64,000 nucleotides of DNA from Raillietiella orientalis (taxonomy: Eukaryota). The notes beneath the pieces are model-generated. The model worked only from the letters and a program-made list of their open reading frames with translations, had not been told where the DNA came from and ran no database searches. A program made the position numbers and the translations under genes. This document shows, piece by piece, positions 1 to 12,846 of this stretch. Position 1 is the stretch's first letter, and each line of letters starts with the position of its first letter. Where the stretch lies: assembly GCA_036172245.1 (NCBI GenBank), contig JAYWIR010000001.1, positions 7,936,001-8,000,000 on the forward strand, given 5' to 3'.

Positions 1-2640
1 GGAAACCGAGTTGGGTGGCCAAATCACAGATGTGAGTAACTGCAAGTTGAAGTTTTTCAAAGCAGTTGCATATAAGAGCAATATCGTCCGCATACGCAAT
101 TGGAGATGAGTGAAGCAGCTCTTGACTAATATAAGAGGCTCGATAGGGATATTGAAAAAGAACCCACTGAGGGGGAATCCCAGTCTGACACCAGCATCAA
201 TCGCGACTGGGTCACTAAGGCCATTCATTCCACGGATAGCGGTGAAGGAATTCGAATATAGGTCCTTAATGATGTCTATAAAGTCACACCCTAAGCCGAA
301 CTATTGCGGTGTTCTAAGGATTAGTTGATGAGTAATACAGGAAAAGGCATCCTTGAAGTCTAGCCAGCATATACATATGCTCTTGTTGTGAACCCTGGTT
401 TTCTTCAGAAGGTGGCCAGTAGAAAGTTCTGCTCTAGCACACCATCAAGGGGAGAAACCCTTCTTGGTGTGCGCCAAGGGCAGAATTTTCTAGAATCCAG
501 GAGCGAAGTCGGCTTGTGAGTAATTTAAAATAAAGTTTTGCAAGGGTGCAGCTGATTGCAATAGGGCGGAATTGGGAGATATCGTCAGGAGAGGAAGACC
601 CGGTCTTTGGGATGAGCACGAATTCTTCCGAAGACATCCTTGATAAGTTCAAGTCACTGGGCGGAGAAGGGAGGGGAAGAGTGTTAAGTAGCGACAGATT
701 GCAGTCTTTCGAATTGGGTCGAATAATTGAGCGAATCGCTAGCTTCTTGGTACGGCGGTATGAAGTCTGTAAATGACAGGCGCAAGGCGTAGAGCAGGAC
801 CAAACTTGTGGCTTGGAAGTGTAAGATTGGATGCGAAAATGGGACTAAAAGGTTTTCATAATACCATTTATGTTTCCTACAGTGATTTGCCAGAATTCGT
901 TGGAGGGAGACTGCAGGTTGCACCGTGTTAGTCCGCTAATGCAGGGATCCAAGAGCCAGGGGGAGTGAGCTTGATATAGTGATCTGCGCCGGGAACGCTT
1001 TCAGATCACGTTTGCATTTCAGCGGTGGAAAAGGCTGGTAGAAAAGGATCGAACCGAGGGAACTCATATTGATGAAATTGAGAAGAATGTTGCAGAGGAT
1101 GAGGATGGATGTTCGCAAGTTCTGGAGACTTTCCTCTTGCATAAGTGGTAAGAACCTGTTGGAGGTAACTATGATAAAAGAGAGTCCTTGTAATTAATCT
1201 CCTTATATGGCTTGACACCCGAATACGCGCTCATGCATTCTAGGGTGGTTACTTAAGTCACTTGTAGTAGTGAAGGATTCTGAGCAGTTTTCATATGTGC
1301 AGTGGTAGCTAGAGGGGATGGAGATTGGAGTGTAAAGGGGCTCCAAAGAAGTTTTACGAAGACAAGGATGATATTTAGTTGGGAGGGGGATTTCTTGAGA
1401 GCATCTGCGACAAATTGATTTATGGCCGTAAAAAGGGAACTCGTGCTGTGACGACTTCTCAGGGATGCCAAACTTCTTCTGGACTCAAGGGTGAAGGTTT
1501 TCCATCCACAGTTCCGGATAATGCAGTTCAAAGTATTCGGAACTGGGTAGCAGACCAACAGAAGGTTGTCTAAAATGAGAGCAATGTCATCATTGCGTAA
1601 TGGAGGGATATCCAAATTGACGAGAGGAGGCGTGGAACTGCGGATAGGTAGTGACTCTTCATGGTACGTAACTGAGGAGGCTGCCATTACTTTTCAAAAC
1701 CGAGGCGGAATAGAGCTTGAAGACTCTGGAACTTTGCTGAAGCGACCAGCACTTGGTTTTTTATCCAAAAAGATGACTTGAACAGACTGAGCTTCAGGAC
1801 GAGTGGGAGGAGGAAGGATTTGCGGACAGGTAGGAGGACGCTTCTGTCTCCGATAAGTTTAGCAGGGAACGGACGCACGTTTTCTTATCGAGCTTGTGCA
1901 TCTTAATGAGGGAAGATGGGGCAGTGGATATGGACGGACAGAAAATTGACTGCGTAGATGTATTAGCAGAAGAGTAATGCTTCATCGAATGGCTAAGCAG
2001 ATTATCAGGGAGCTTCTTTAGGACTAACTCGATCTTGAGTTTGATAATGTCAGAGTATGAGGGGGTAGGCGCTGGGGTTTCTGAGTTGGGGATTTGAATA
2101 TTGGCTTCAGGATTAATCTCTCTACGGACAAACCGAGGGAGCGGCTGGAACGCTTATTCGTTTCCGAGGAACATTCTCATGGATCTGCTAGTGTCAGAGT
2201 CTGTGAGGAGGTCTGCTGGGTGTGAGGAGGGAACATTGGGGGCTCATCGAGCTCAAAGGGGGGTGAAGGAAGAGGGTAGTCTAAGATGATATCATGTTCT
2301 TCGAAGCTCTTTTTAGCTCTCGAGAGTTTTCCCCTTCTGCGAGATATCAGCAGGTGGGCATGGTCAAAACTTAGTCCGCAAACCGAGCAATTGTACTGTA
2401 GAGATGTTAGCGGGGTAGGGAGAAAATTATTTAAGGAGCCATCAAGAGTTGCTCTAGTATTGTCAATTCGTTCCAGGCATTTAGAGCAAAAGAGGACCAT
2501 GGTCGAAGGACAAAGACCATGAATCCTCTTGACATGTGATTTGATGTTCCTTTTCCTGTCTGACGGATCGCAGGACGAAGTGGAGAAGGTACACTTGGGC
2601 ACTGGGCATGGACAAGGTAAAGGAACGGGGAGGGACAATT
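1..2640 (-). mobile_element. Decayed R2-superfamily (NeSL/Utopia-like) non-LTR retrotransposon: N-terminal C2H2-type zinc fingers plus reverse transcriptase; runs off the left edge
   Basis: Minus-strand fragments: CPVPKC...SHVKRIH and YNCSVCGLSF (2177-2638), a further Cys/His finger-like remnant (~1230-1560), RT motifs LIPK...FRPIAISCTLAKLY and QEGF (434-652), WLDFKDAF (~345-370), GVRLGFPLSG (~165-195) and YADD (83-94). Several stops and frameshifts. No APE domain is visible upstream of the RT. Confidence 0.85.
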
Positions 2641-3899
2641 AAAGATCTCTATGCTCATCAAGGAAAAAGATAGGGGGGAGGCTCCTCATAAGAAGACATT
2701 GCTTTGTCTTAAGAACGAAGTGTGAATCGATTTATTAAAAGTTCATAAGTACTATGTTTGAAATTCGCAATCAGAGCTGGTAACCCTGCACGTCTATGTC
2801 GAGCGATAACACACATGAAAAGGGGGAAATCTAAAACTCTTTGGGACAATACCAACGATACTGAACAGAAAATAAGAGATGAGGTCATCAAATCTTATCA
2901 GTACACTAGCAAAATGCCGAAGAATGAGAACCAAATTGCAGAAACGATGAAATCCACAAACCATGAAAGGAATATTGAGCAAAATCAATATCACCGAGAA
3001 GTCATGAAAAAAACGAATGAAAATAAAACAAATCCAAGCAACCAAACCAACGTAAATGATGGAGGAAAGTTAAATTCACAAATTCCAAAGGAAAGCTGAC
3101 GTCACAGCTACCCAGCGCTGACACAAAAATCGATAGCAGAAATAGTTGTGGAAAGCTAGATGTCGTTCCTAATTTTTGAAGAAAAAAAAAAAGAAAACAG
3201 GTCAGAGTCACAATTTTCAAATAAAATATGGTTTCAGAATGGCGACAAACTTTTTAGTGAATTTCTTTCACCGTAATCTAAGTTTCCAAAATTTCAATTT
3301 CACGCTACGAAACTCGCGTTGCTTGGCAACGCTATTTCGAACATTAATTTTACTAAGTTGTTTGCCGAATTTTATGGCGAAAAAACAAAACAAGAACAAA
3401 AAAAAACAAAAACAAAAAAACAAACAATCAACAAAAAACAAAAAGGGAATCAATCTACAATACGAAGGAATCGACTAAATGGAGGGGGGGGGTAAAGAAC
3501 GCAAAATAATTTGGCAGATATTTTCATAAAAGTTCATTTGAAACGATCTTACCTCATTTCACATGGATGGTGGAGGAACAATACACTTTCTAGAATTTCA
3601 TTTTGCTATTTTACTTGAAAATAACTTAAGAAAGTACAAATTGTACCTAATACGTGCACTTGCAAGTGATTTAACGCGAACGATAATGATATTCCGCGCT
3701 TCTGAACGGAGCGTGACGCACGCACGTCTTAATCGCGCGCGCGACAGTGCTATCCTTTTTTTTTTTTTCCCCTCTCTCTCGGCGAGGCAGAGAAAGCCAC
3801 TCGGAATGCGCGTAGACGTTCGTGACGACGAGGCCGATGAGCTCGACGGACCACTTGATGACAGGTTGACCCACCGAAAACAGTCGAAACGAACCCCAC

Positions 3900-4392
3900 G
3901 CACCGCTTCCGCCATTTTTCCTCTCGCGAGGAACGCGTCGCTGCACCGCCAAAGCAGCGTTCCGCCTGCGCGCTCCTCGATTTCCGCATCCTGCTCGTCG
4001 GAGATTGCGGGCGTCTTCTGCAGGAGCGCGAGGTCAAAGGAGCGCAAGGCGTTGGCTACCGTCCGCCTCTTGTTGGCGTGCTGCAGGCCGTTCACTTTCC
4101 AACACGCGAGGGACAGACGACGAGAAGACGCGATCCCCCGCATCACGGCTGGGAAGGCGCCGGCTTTGTGCCCGCTTCCTCCGGCGAGCGGCACGACCGG
4201 CCGGAGGGCGCGGTCGCCACCGGCCTCCGTCGTGCTGCATGCAGTTGAGATCTCCACCTCAGGTGTTTCCCCCTCGGATTTTGGGGGGAACTCAAGCTGC
4301 TTCGCGGCGGGTGTCTCCCGACTGCCTGCTTTCAAGCGGCGCGCCCCTGCTTCCTAACGAGTTATTCGGCGTTCGGCTATCGAGTTTGCCTC
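3900..4392 (-). mobile_element. Host LINE, segment 3: ORF1-like tail and start of APE endonuclease (degenerate)
   Basis: ORF 3598-4335 contains LSLACWKVNGL...KRRTVANAL...DLALLQKT, which matches APE motifs WNVNGL and LQET with N>K and E>K changes. The left boundary is approximate. Confidence 0.7.
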
Positions 4393-5727
4393 TCCTGAGA
4401 ATTGCCCTTTGGGGTAGAGAAAGGCCCTGAGTCCCGTTGAAAGAATTGTGTGCTCCGCGTCGGGATGGCGGTCTCGGCCTCTTGACGCTGGAGCGAGTGA
4501 AGATTCAGCTGCGATAGCGCACCCTGGCCATCGCAGTGAAGTTATGGAGCACCCCATGGTGCGTTCCGGCCCGCTTCCTTGCCAGCCGTGTATCCGGGAC
4601 GGAAGGTCTCGCGTCTTATCTTCTGTGCCGTGGCCCGAAGATCAAGAGATGCGAACTTCTCCTGGGACGCATGGCGACTCTGGCTAAGGAAAACGGCTGG
4701 ATGGTATGCAGCCCCGCCAACTCCCCTGCATGGCTGGAGGAGACACCTGGCAAATGGGCGAAGATAAACCAGAGGAACGAAGAGATGTGGAACTGCCTGC
4801 GGCGCGGCGCCTACTCCCGCTGCACTCTGCGGAAGATCCTCGAGTGTCCGGCGAGGAGCACCTGGGCAGAGACAACCCCCCTAGCTACAGCGATGCCCTT
4901 TCTGAGGAGGGCGGTCTCCAGCAGCCGCAAGCCTAGGTGGCAAGTCTCCTGCCGCATCGCAGGCAAGGAGAAGTTGATAAGCGGCTGGTCCACGGGGGAA
5001 CTGGCAAACGCCACTACCCCTAGTGTCCAGCCGAGAGGACTTCAGAGATGGGGCGAGCTACTCGGCGTCCAGCCGGATGATCTGAAGTGGCCCCCGGTAT
5101 TAATTGGTTCTAGGATCCTCCCCCTGAAGTGGCAGGAGTCGGCGCTTCTGTTGTTGCATTGGGGTCTACCCTGCAACGCACGCCGCCACCACTGGACCAG
5201 GAGTCAAGTAGATCCTACCTGCATCAGGTGTGGGGAACGGGAAACCCTCCCTCACCTCCTTGTTGATTGTGCTGCCCTCCGACCACTGTGGGAACGTCTT
5301 CATGCCTCCCTATGGATCCAGGAGGGCAGCCCTGGCTGCACTTTGCTGCGTCCGTGGGATTGTGACGTGCTGGAGCGACGTGAGAAGACCGAACCACGAC
5401 AGGGATGCCGTCGTACTTGCAGTCCGCTACCTGCGGATTGCGACCAGATGGTCCCACCTGGGAATTATACGGACGGACCTCGAGGGCATCCTGGAAAGGA
5501 TGGACCCTCCTCCCAGTGGAGAGTGATCCCTTCCCCGCCCTCCAAATTTTTGTTTTTCTGTTTTATTTTTCTTTTTGTTTTTCCCTTCATACCCTTCCGC
5601 TGCCAAGGGGAGTAGCGCCGATTTGCGTACCGGCAACCCGGCAGGTCCTGGTGAGTTGGCCGTAGTGGGGCCTCGTACCACAATGTAGAGAATTTCTAAT
5701 AAACGCCCCGGCGTGACCGGGTGGCAA
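4393..5727 (+). mobile_element. Insert A: 5'-truncated L1/Tx1-like LINE (ORF2 C-terminus with Cys/His zinc knuckle and 3' UTR)
   Basis: LLLHWGLP...CIRCGERETLPHLLVDC in ORF 4536-5615; T-rich 3' UTR; AATAAA at 5698; flanked by the 16-bp direct repeat ctatcgagtttgcctc (4377-4392 and 5728-5743). Confidence 0.85.
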
Positions 5728-5743
5728 CTATCGAGTTTGCCTC

Positions 5744-6191
5744 CGGGTCGTAATCCAAATGGCACGCGCTGAACTGGCGCTTTGCCTTTTGCGAAGAACT
5801 AAGAATGTCTGTTGTGTTGACAGCAGTCGTGTCTCCGGATTCTGCCACCGTTTGCCGCTTTTCTTAGAGGCTGCTTCTGCGGCGCGTGCGATGTCAACAC
5901 GGGATCGCTTTATTACACGGGAAATCTTTGCGCGAGTCTTCTTCATCGAGCGGCAGTTCCTCGCTTTCAAGAACGCCATGGACGGAAGTCGAGAAGCTAC
6001 TCTCCACAACCGTCCACCCTCCACCATCATCAGAGCCGATCGCCTTTTTCGACGCGCGAACTCCCGAAGTTTCCTTCCCGGCCGCCAACGGCACTGCTTG
6101 AGCAGCGGGTTTTAACCCCTTCGTCGGGGTCGCGTCCGCGTCAGTCGGGAGCTTGCTCTCTGATCGTCGAAACATTGTAATATTCTGCGTC
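5744..6191 (-). mobile_element. Host LINE, segment 2 (ORF1/gag-like low-complexity region)
   Basis: Lies between the TSDs of inserts A and B. The minus frame reads ...SKKAIGSDDGGGWTVVESS..., reminiscent of gag-like ORF1 proteins. The call is inferred mainly from the TSD reconstruction. Confidence 0.5.
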
Positions 6192-6811
6192 TGATCGACC
6201 AGGTTAAAAGAAGGATTGTGCGGATCATCGCACAACAAGACATCGTGTGCCTGCAGGAGACCCACAGGCTAGGTCTCCAGATCCCCCAGAAAATGGAACG
6301 ACGTTTCGATGGGCAGATGTTCGTCAGCGAGGGACAGCAGAACACGGAAGGTGTGGTGGTCTTGGTCAAGAACCAACTGGCCCCTACCATCCTGGAAGTC
6401 TTCTGTCCCTTGCCGGGACGTATCATCGGCGTACGACTGGCCTGATCCGCTAACGTTCACCTTTTCTTGGTAAACGTGTACGGGCCACACAGGTACAAAC
6501 ATCGATGTGCGGAGGCGCTGCACGCGGCACTCCGGTAAAAGGTCGCGCTCAAGGACGTCGTAATCGTTGCTGGCGATATTAATATCCTGGACGAACCCGC
6601 CCGATCCCAGGACGCCAGAGGAAGGAAGGCGTATCGGCGGCTTTTCGACGAGTTCATATTGCTTTGGCGAAAGGCAAGCCACAGGCCGATAGACCACGCC
6701 CTCCACAGTACCGAACTAGGGAACCGCATTCAAGGTTTTCGTGACATCCCCACCGCTTTGTCCGATCAACTGTTTTCCATAAGGACGGAAAATCCTCGGC
6801 AAAGGCAAGGC
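6192..6811 (+). pseudogene. APE (exonuclease/endonuclease/phosphatase family) endonuclease domain of insert B, inactivated
   Basis: DIVCLQETH, EGVVVLV, GRIIGV, LVNVYGP, IVAGDIN and SDQ (for SDH) occur in the expected order, with in-frame stops at 6443-6445 and about 6536. Confidence 0.88.
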
Positions 6812-6823
6812 ACCAGGGCGGCG

Positions 6824-9800
6824 AGCTTGCTCCAATGATCCTGTTGGCATTTTCTCGCCTTCGTCGAGTGGCTCAGGTAGTTGAGGAAAAGCAGCGTGCA
6901 CCTAGCTGTTTTCTTCTTGTTCTTTTCTCTCTTGTGTTTCTCAGATCTGGCGTCCGAGCACCAGAGTCGGCATTCACGTGTTTCCTTTCTCCAAGAGAAA
7001 AGGAATTTCTCCCGCTTTTCGAATTTTCCCCAGGTTATGACTTCCTGTTTCCAGTCTTGGCCGTTCTCGCGCCGCCTCCGCGACCTGGTGATTTTCTCAT
7101 GCCAACAGATGCGATTGTGCTTTCGGGACGTCTGAAAAACTCCTTTCTGTCTTTCAGCGAAGTGTGAAATGATCTGGAAAACTCTCCTGACCCTGGAGAT
7201 CGTGCATTGACCAGGTCCTGTTTTGTGCCCGCGTGTTTCTTCTGAGTCTTCAGTTCTCGGTTGGCTTCCGAGTGTGACCCACCGGCACCTTTCCTGTACT
7301 CAAGTCAAAGCACCTGGGATGGCTCTCCTGCCTTTCCGGATTGGAGGTTTCTTTGAAAAAAATTCTCTCCTCCTTCCTCGATAAGTGAATCCGGCCTCTT
7401 TCTCTTGCAAAGCCCTCGATCCTCGCCACCCCCCAGGGTGCGGGTGGTCCGGAACCGTGCCTGCTGTGCGGATTGAGTCCGGTCCGGTCCTTCCGTCGAG
7501 CGACCCGAATGTCCGAAGAAGCCCGAGAAAGCGAAACATTCTGGCGAGGGAGGCGCCCCGTGAGGCGAACCAGAGGGGTGCTACCGCGGGTCGAAGTTCT
7601 CCCTCCAGGCGCTCCGCGGGCTCGCAACCGGTCGCCTCCGCAACACAGCCACCGGTTTCCGTGTTCGCAGGATCGGTGGAAAAGAGAGAGAGAGAGAGGA
7701 AGGAACTCTCGTCGTGGTCGTCACTCCAGAAAATCGCCCGGGTGGTCCGAGGCGGATCGAGATTCGCGCCGCAGCCTGCGGACAGGATGGGGCGCGGTAG
7801 GTGACGGACGTGCGCGCCTTCTGTCCTGCGCCTGCCTGCCTGCCTCGTTCCCACGCGTACAACGCGGAGGCGGCGCGCAGCCTTTCGAGCGCGCTCTGAT
7901 GCGGTACTTCCGCAGCAGCGCACCGTCTGCATGCAAGGTGTGCGCGCCGCCGTCCTCTCGGCTCGCGTGCTTCGCGGCTGACCCGGAACGGAAGGGGCGG
8001 CTTTCCGTGGGGTTCGCTCCGGAGGAGCGCTGGTGCTCTCCGCCTGGGCGCGGACGTGCTAATCGCAGCCGCAGCATCAGCCGCCTAGCCGCCTCTGCAC
8101 GTGTGGGGACGCTGCCCCTCCAGCTGCGGAGCCGGAGAGTGAGGACCGCAGCCTTCGAACCACTCCATGGCATCCGAGCAAGGAGCAGACGCCCCAGGAC
8201 GAGGTCCGGGCAGGTGGCATCGGCAGGACCCTCGAACGGTGACGAGCGTGGAGGCACGCTGGCAGCCCCTGCGTCCTTGAGGGACGGGATTCCGACGGTG
8301 CTGTTGCCGCATCGTACGGAAGGAAGCGAGGAAGATCGGAAGCAGCAGATCGTGGGAAAAGGGGGGCGCTCTTGGAGGAGGATCACGAGACGACCAGGAA
8401 GGAACCGGGGCTACCATGACCCAAGGCCGTTTCGCAGTCTCCGGCTGCCGTCGCCGCTTTGTCCAGAAGCTCGGAGCGTGCGCTCATCCTTCGAGCTTTT
8501 CTTTTGCTTCGCCGAGTGCCTCGGGAGCCGTCGCGATCCTGACGGCTCACGCAGCTCTTCGATGCCGCTCCACGCCACCGGAGGGTGCACGCTAACTCTT
8601 CGAGTTAGGAGGCACCCGGGCCGAGAGGTCACCCTATGAATCCAAGAAGGGCTCCGGAGGGAGGAGTCCGTTCCTCTCAAAGCTTGGGAGGGGAACCGTC
8701 CGTCCTGGTTGCTTCCGATTCCCACCCGGACGCGCCGGGACGTCTCTTAAAGTCGGAAAGAAACGCCTATATTGTGGTAGGAGGCGCGTGGTTCTACCAC
8801 ACCCCGTTTGTCGACGGATCTGCCGGGTCGCCAGTGTGAGTACAGGCTGCTTCGGATTGACTTCAATCCTGGTGGCCAACGAACGCAGCCTGAACCATTG
8901 TGGTTATCAGCTGCGGGATTTGGTTGCTCTGATGAGAGACAACCCTTGGATCTCCTGCATCCCTGCGGACTGGACTACCTGGCTTCAGGAGTCCGTTTCC
9001 GCATGGGCGAAGATCAATGGCACCAGCGATGAGGACTTCTCCTGCCTCCGCAGAGGGAGGCACGCTGGTCAGCCACTCCAGGAGATCGTTTCCAACCCAC
9101 GGAAACTTCTGTGGGCTTCCTTCACCCCCCTTGCCCCAGTGCTGCCCTCCCTCAGGGAAGTTCGGGACAGCCACCAACAGGCATCGTGGGAAGTGTCCTG
9201 CCTCATCGGAGGCAGGAAAAAATCACTGAAGGCGTGGACGCCGAGGGAACTAGCGGACGCTAGTACCCCGAGTGTCCCGCCGAACGGACTTTTACGCTGG
9301 GGCGCGCTGCTCGGTATACCTCCGGAGGAGGTGAAGTGGCCCCAGCGTCATGGGACAACGGCACCCTTCCCCTGCAGTGGCAGGAGACGGCGTTGCTTCT
9401 GCTCCACTGGGGACTTTTAAGCAGAGCACGCCTGTCTCGCTGGACATCGGGGAATGTGGATGCTAGTTGTGCAGAGTGCGGGGAAAGGGAGACCTTCCCC
9501 CACTTGATTCTGGAGTGTGTTGCCCTCCACGAAATGTGGGACAGACTCTCGTCGATCCTCAATATTCCGGAGGGTGACCCGAAAAATTTATTCAGACGCC
9601 TCCTGACGCGAGACGGCTTGCCAGCCTCCGGGAGCGTAGCAGTGCTCTGCTGCATACGCGGTATCCTGGAGAAGTGCACCGCGTCTAGGAGAGGAAGGAC
9701 CAGCCGGAATGCCATCCACTGGCCAGCGATCTCTTTGGAGAAAGCGTGCCGTTGGCGCCGACTTCAAAAACATTTGCCGGCACTTGTTCGCATCCGAAAC

Positions 9801-10096
9801 CGGATGCAAAGGCCTGCTCACGGCGCATCGTGATCCCCTCCCTCACTCCCGCTCCCCAAAAACATTGCCCTCCAGACGTTTTTCTTTTTTGTTTTGTTTT
9901 CTGTTTATTTTCCCCGTCCCGGCGCCAGTGAAGGACTTTATCGGCCTCCGGGTCGGTAAAGACAAGTGCTATTGAACTTCAATGAACGTCTGACGTCCGA
10001 AAAAGAAAATTTTTTTTTTAACAACAAAGACCTTATTACAAAATTTTGTAATGTCAGAATTTTAGTAATAAAAGCCCCGGCTTACCCAAGTGAAAA
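6824..10096. mobile_element. Insert C: composite LINE insertion (GC-rich, apparently minus-oriented 5' part and plus-strand ORF2 C-terminus with 3' UTR)
   Basis: About 8620-9833 on + is homologous to insert A (WAKING, LQWQETALLLLHWGL, CAECGERETFPHLILEC). T-rich UTR, AATAAA at 10066. Flanked by the 12-bp repeat accagggcggcg (6812-6823 and 10097-10108). Confidence 0.78.
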
Positions 10097-10117
10097 ACCA
10101 GGGCGGCGCTCATCAGC

Positions 10118-12846
10118 ATGCCCGCCTGGTTCGATAACCATCCCTGTCATCAGGAAGTTCTGGAGATGATTCTGAAGACCACCACGATCCGAAGAGTCGC
10201 CGACTGGGACAGCCTGAAGCACAGGATCCATCTCTTTGTAAATATGCAATTCGGAGATAGGAGATTGAGGCAGGAGGCGTACCGGGAGCTGAACATCCAA
10301 GATCGCTCCCTCTCAAAGTACTTTGATCAGTACGAGAGTCGGTACGTCTTCCATAGCATAAAAGGGGAAGTCGGCGTACTGGAGAAGAAGAATCTGGCCA
10401 CAGATATCTTTCGGATTCAGTACGGTAACCACAGCCGACACACTTCGGAGGACATCGTGGATGCATTCGAAAGGCATTACACGAGACACTTTCGGCGCGA
10501 TCATCTGTGTCAGGCGATACAGAAGACCTTCTTGAGTCATCTTAAAAGGAAGATTGGCAATCTCCAGCGGAAGAGACTGGAGGAGGATTCTTCCAAAGAA
10601 GAGGTGAAGACTGCGTTCAAGGGATTACGCAAGGATGTAGCGGCAGGACCTGACAGTGTTCCCATAAGTCACTATCAACGGTACCTGCACGCCTACTTGC
10701 GGTTATCCCACCAGTTGACCCTCTGCATCCGCCAAGAAGGACGATTGCCGGAGTCCTTCTACGAGAGTAGGACGAGATTGCTGCCGAAGGGAGGTGATCT
10801 AACGCAGGTCATGATCTGCGTTAGATCCCAATCTCAATCCTAAACTCGGATGCCAAGTGGTTGGCAAAGATCTGGGCCAACCGCATAGGCAAGGTTATGT
10901 CGAGGCTGATTTCTCCAGTCCAGACATCTGCGGTACCCGGACGCCACATGCTGGACAATGTCAAGTGCGCGCAGGCTACCGTGGGACTTAGCCGATACGT
11001 CGGCGAGAACCTGGTGCTGGCGTTTACCGACATGGAGAAAGCCTTCGACACCATCGACCACGGGATGCTGCTGGAGATTCTGGAAAAGCTGGGACTTCCC
11101 GAATACTTGAGCACCTTTGTGGAAATGATACTTCGGAATCAACGTTTCAGGATAAAGATCAACGGTTTGGAAACAGCAGCTATTCGGATGGAACGAGGAG
11201 TCAGGCAAGGCGACTCGCTAAGTCCGATGCTGTTTGTTACCTATATGGAGGCGCTCTCTTCATTTATTGATAACAGTGGGAGATTACAAGGGATGAAAAT
11301 TGACAACCAGAAGCTCACCCATCTCGCATACGTGGATGATATTTTCTTCTTCATCAGGGGAAAGAGGGACCAGCAAGCGTTTTTGGATGTAGTGATGCTC
11401 ATGAAAGAGGGACTGGGCCTGAAGATCAACGCCCAGAAGAGTCAGCTTTTGCCCGTCGGAATCCTGGACCTCTCCGCTCTCACGGGGGGAGGATTCCGAA
11501 TGGTGGACACGGCCAATTACCTAGGAGTCCACATCGGCGATGACTTTGCGTCGAAGCTACTGTGGACAGCAATCCTGGAGAAAACTGCCAAGGAAGCAGC
11601 GAGGTTCACCCGACTGGACTTTGGAATGAAGCGAAAGGCCAACCTTTGGAACGAAGCACTCCTCCCGAAGGTGCTTTTCGAAGCGGCCTTCGCAAGAATG
11701 AACAAGGACACCACGAGGGAGTTCGAGAAACTGCAAAGGAAAACACTGTAAGGCCACTATCGCCCAAGAGTTCGTCTTAAACCCCTATGTCGTCCCAGGG
11801 AAGGAGGCGGCTCCGGGCTGAAGTCGCTTGCACACTCCATGGAAATCATGGATACGCGACACATCCTGGACATAGCCACTCACTGGGATGACTGGCCGTA
11901 TGCGGCACACAGGGCCTACGCGTTGTTGTTGAACAACTCGAAAGGCCTGATGACTGCGCTGCTAGGCCGAACAGGGGAATAAAGAACCATCGACCCCACC
12001 TGGACAAGAAAACAAAGGTTAGTGCGAAAGCACAAGATAAAAATCGTGCCCCAAAGTAGGGAACTCTTGCAGGAGGAGTCCATCCTGGTGACCCCATGGA
12101 TGCTTCCGGTCCCCCAGGACACGAGAAGCTGGATCTACCAGCGGTCCAGAGTTACCCTACAACGCATCCAGGAGTTCAGAAGAGGAGTATACCCACATCA
12201 CACTCGTATACTTTGGTATATAGAGATGATGTTAGGTAGGTTTACCCACAAGACTCGCGAAGTCTGGAAAAACCACAACGACTTCGCATGGTCTAGGGTA
12301 ACCAAGATGGACCTCCGAAGAATGATTAAGGATGAAGACCAAGACACCAGTGCCCTCCAAGAAGCCGCCGATCGCTACGGGAGTAACCGTTTTAACCTGT
12401 TAGCGATTGGCACGACTCTCTGGAGGAGTGACCTTCCGCCGGACACCCTGGACGACCTCCTGATGTTCTATCATGGAAGAATCCAGAGCGGGTGCAGGTT
12501 CAAGCACTTCACAGGAAGACAGGAAGATGAAGACTGCATGGCATGTGGAGACATCGATACGAGACTCCACATCTTGACGTGTCCGACTTTGCTACGCGAC
12601 TGGTTGATCCTGAAAAGGATCATAGGACAAAACAACAAGTCTGTGATGGAAATCCTCGTCGGAATGTTTCAGGGAGATGGTAATGTTCCCTGTTACAATC
12701 TCATGATGAGGATGACCATTGCCCTCTTCATCACCGCCATACTTGTGCGGTGGTGGAATATGAGGAAAGCCAGGAGAACCAGAACCCCCATGGAGATCCT
12801 ACAAGGACTCATCAGTAGGGAGATCGGTATCAGAAACTGTAGATGA
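10118..12846 (+). pseudogene. Reverse transcriptase and C-terminal zinc knuckle of insert B, frameshifted
   Basis: AAGPDS, RLLPKGG, QTSAVPGR, DMEKAFDTIDH, RGVRQGDSLSPMLF, AYVDD, NYLGV and CMACGDIDTRLHILTC are spread over ORFs 10118-10843, 10861-11751 and 12022-12846. Confidence 0.92.

Noticed and set aside
2758-3478. N/K-rich ORFs (113 aa, 100 aa) and A-rich tract at 3380-3445
   Set aside because: Low-complexity A-rich sequence, more likely an element UTR read on the wrong strand. No recognisable domain.
7250-8640. Long overlapping ORFs (388, 221 and 210 aa) on both strands
   Set aside because: Expected from high GC content inside insert C. No convincing domain, so not called as genes.
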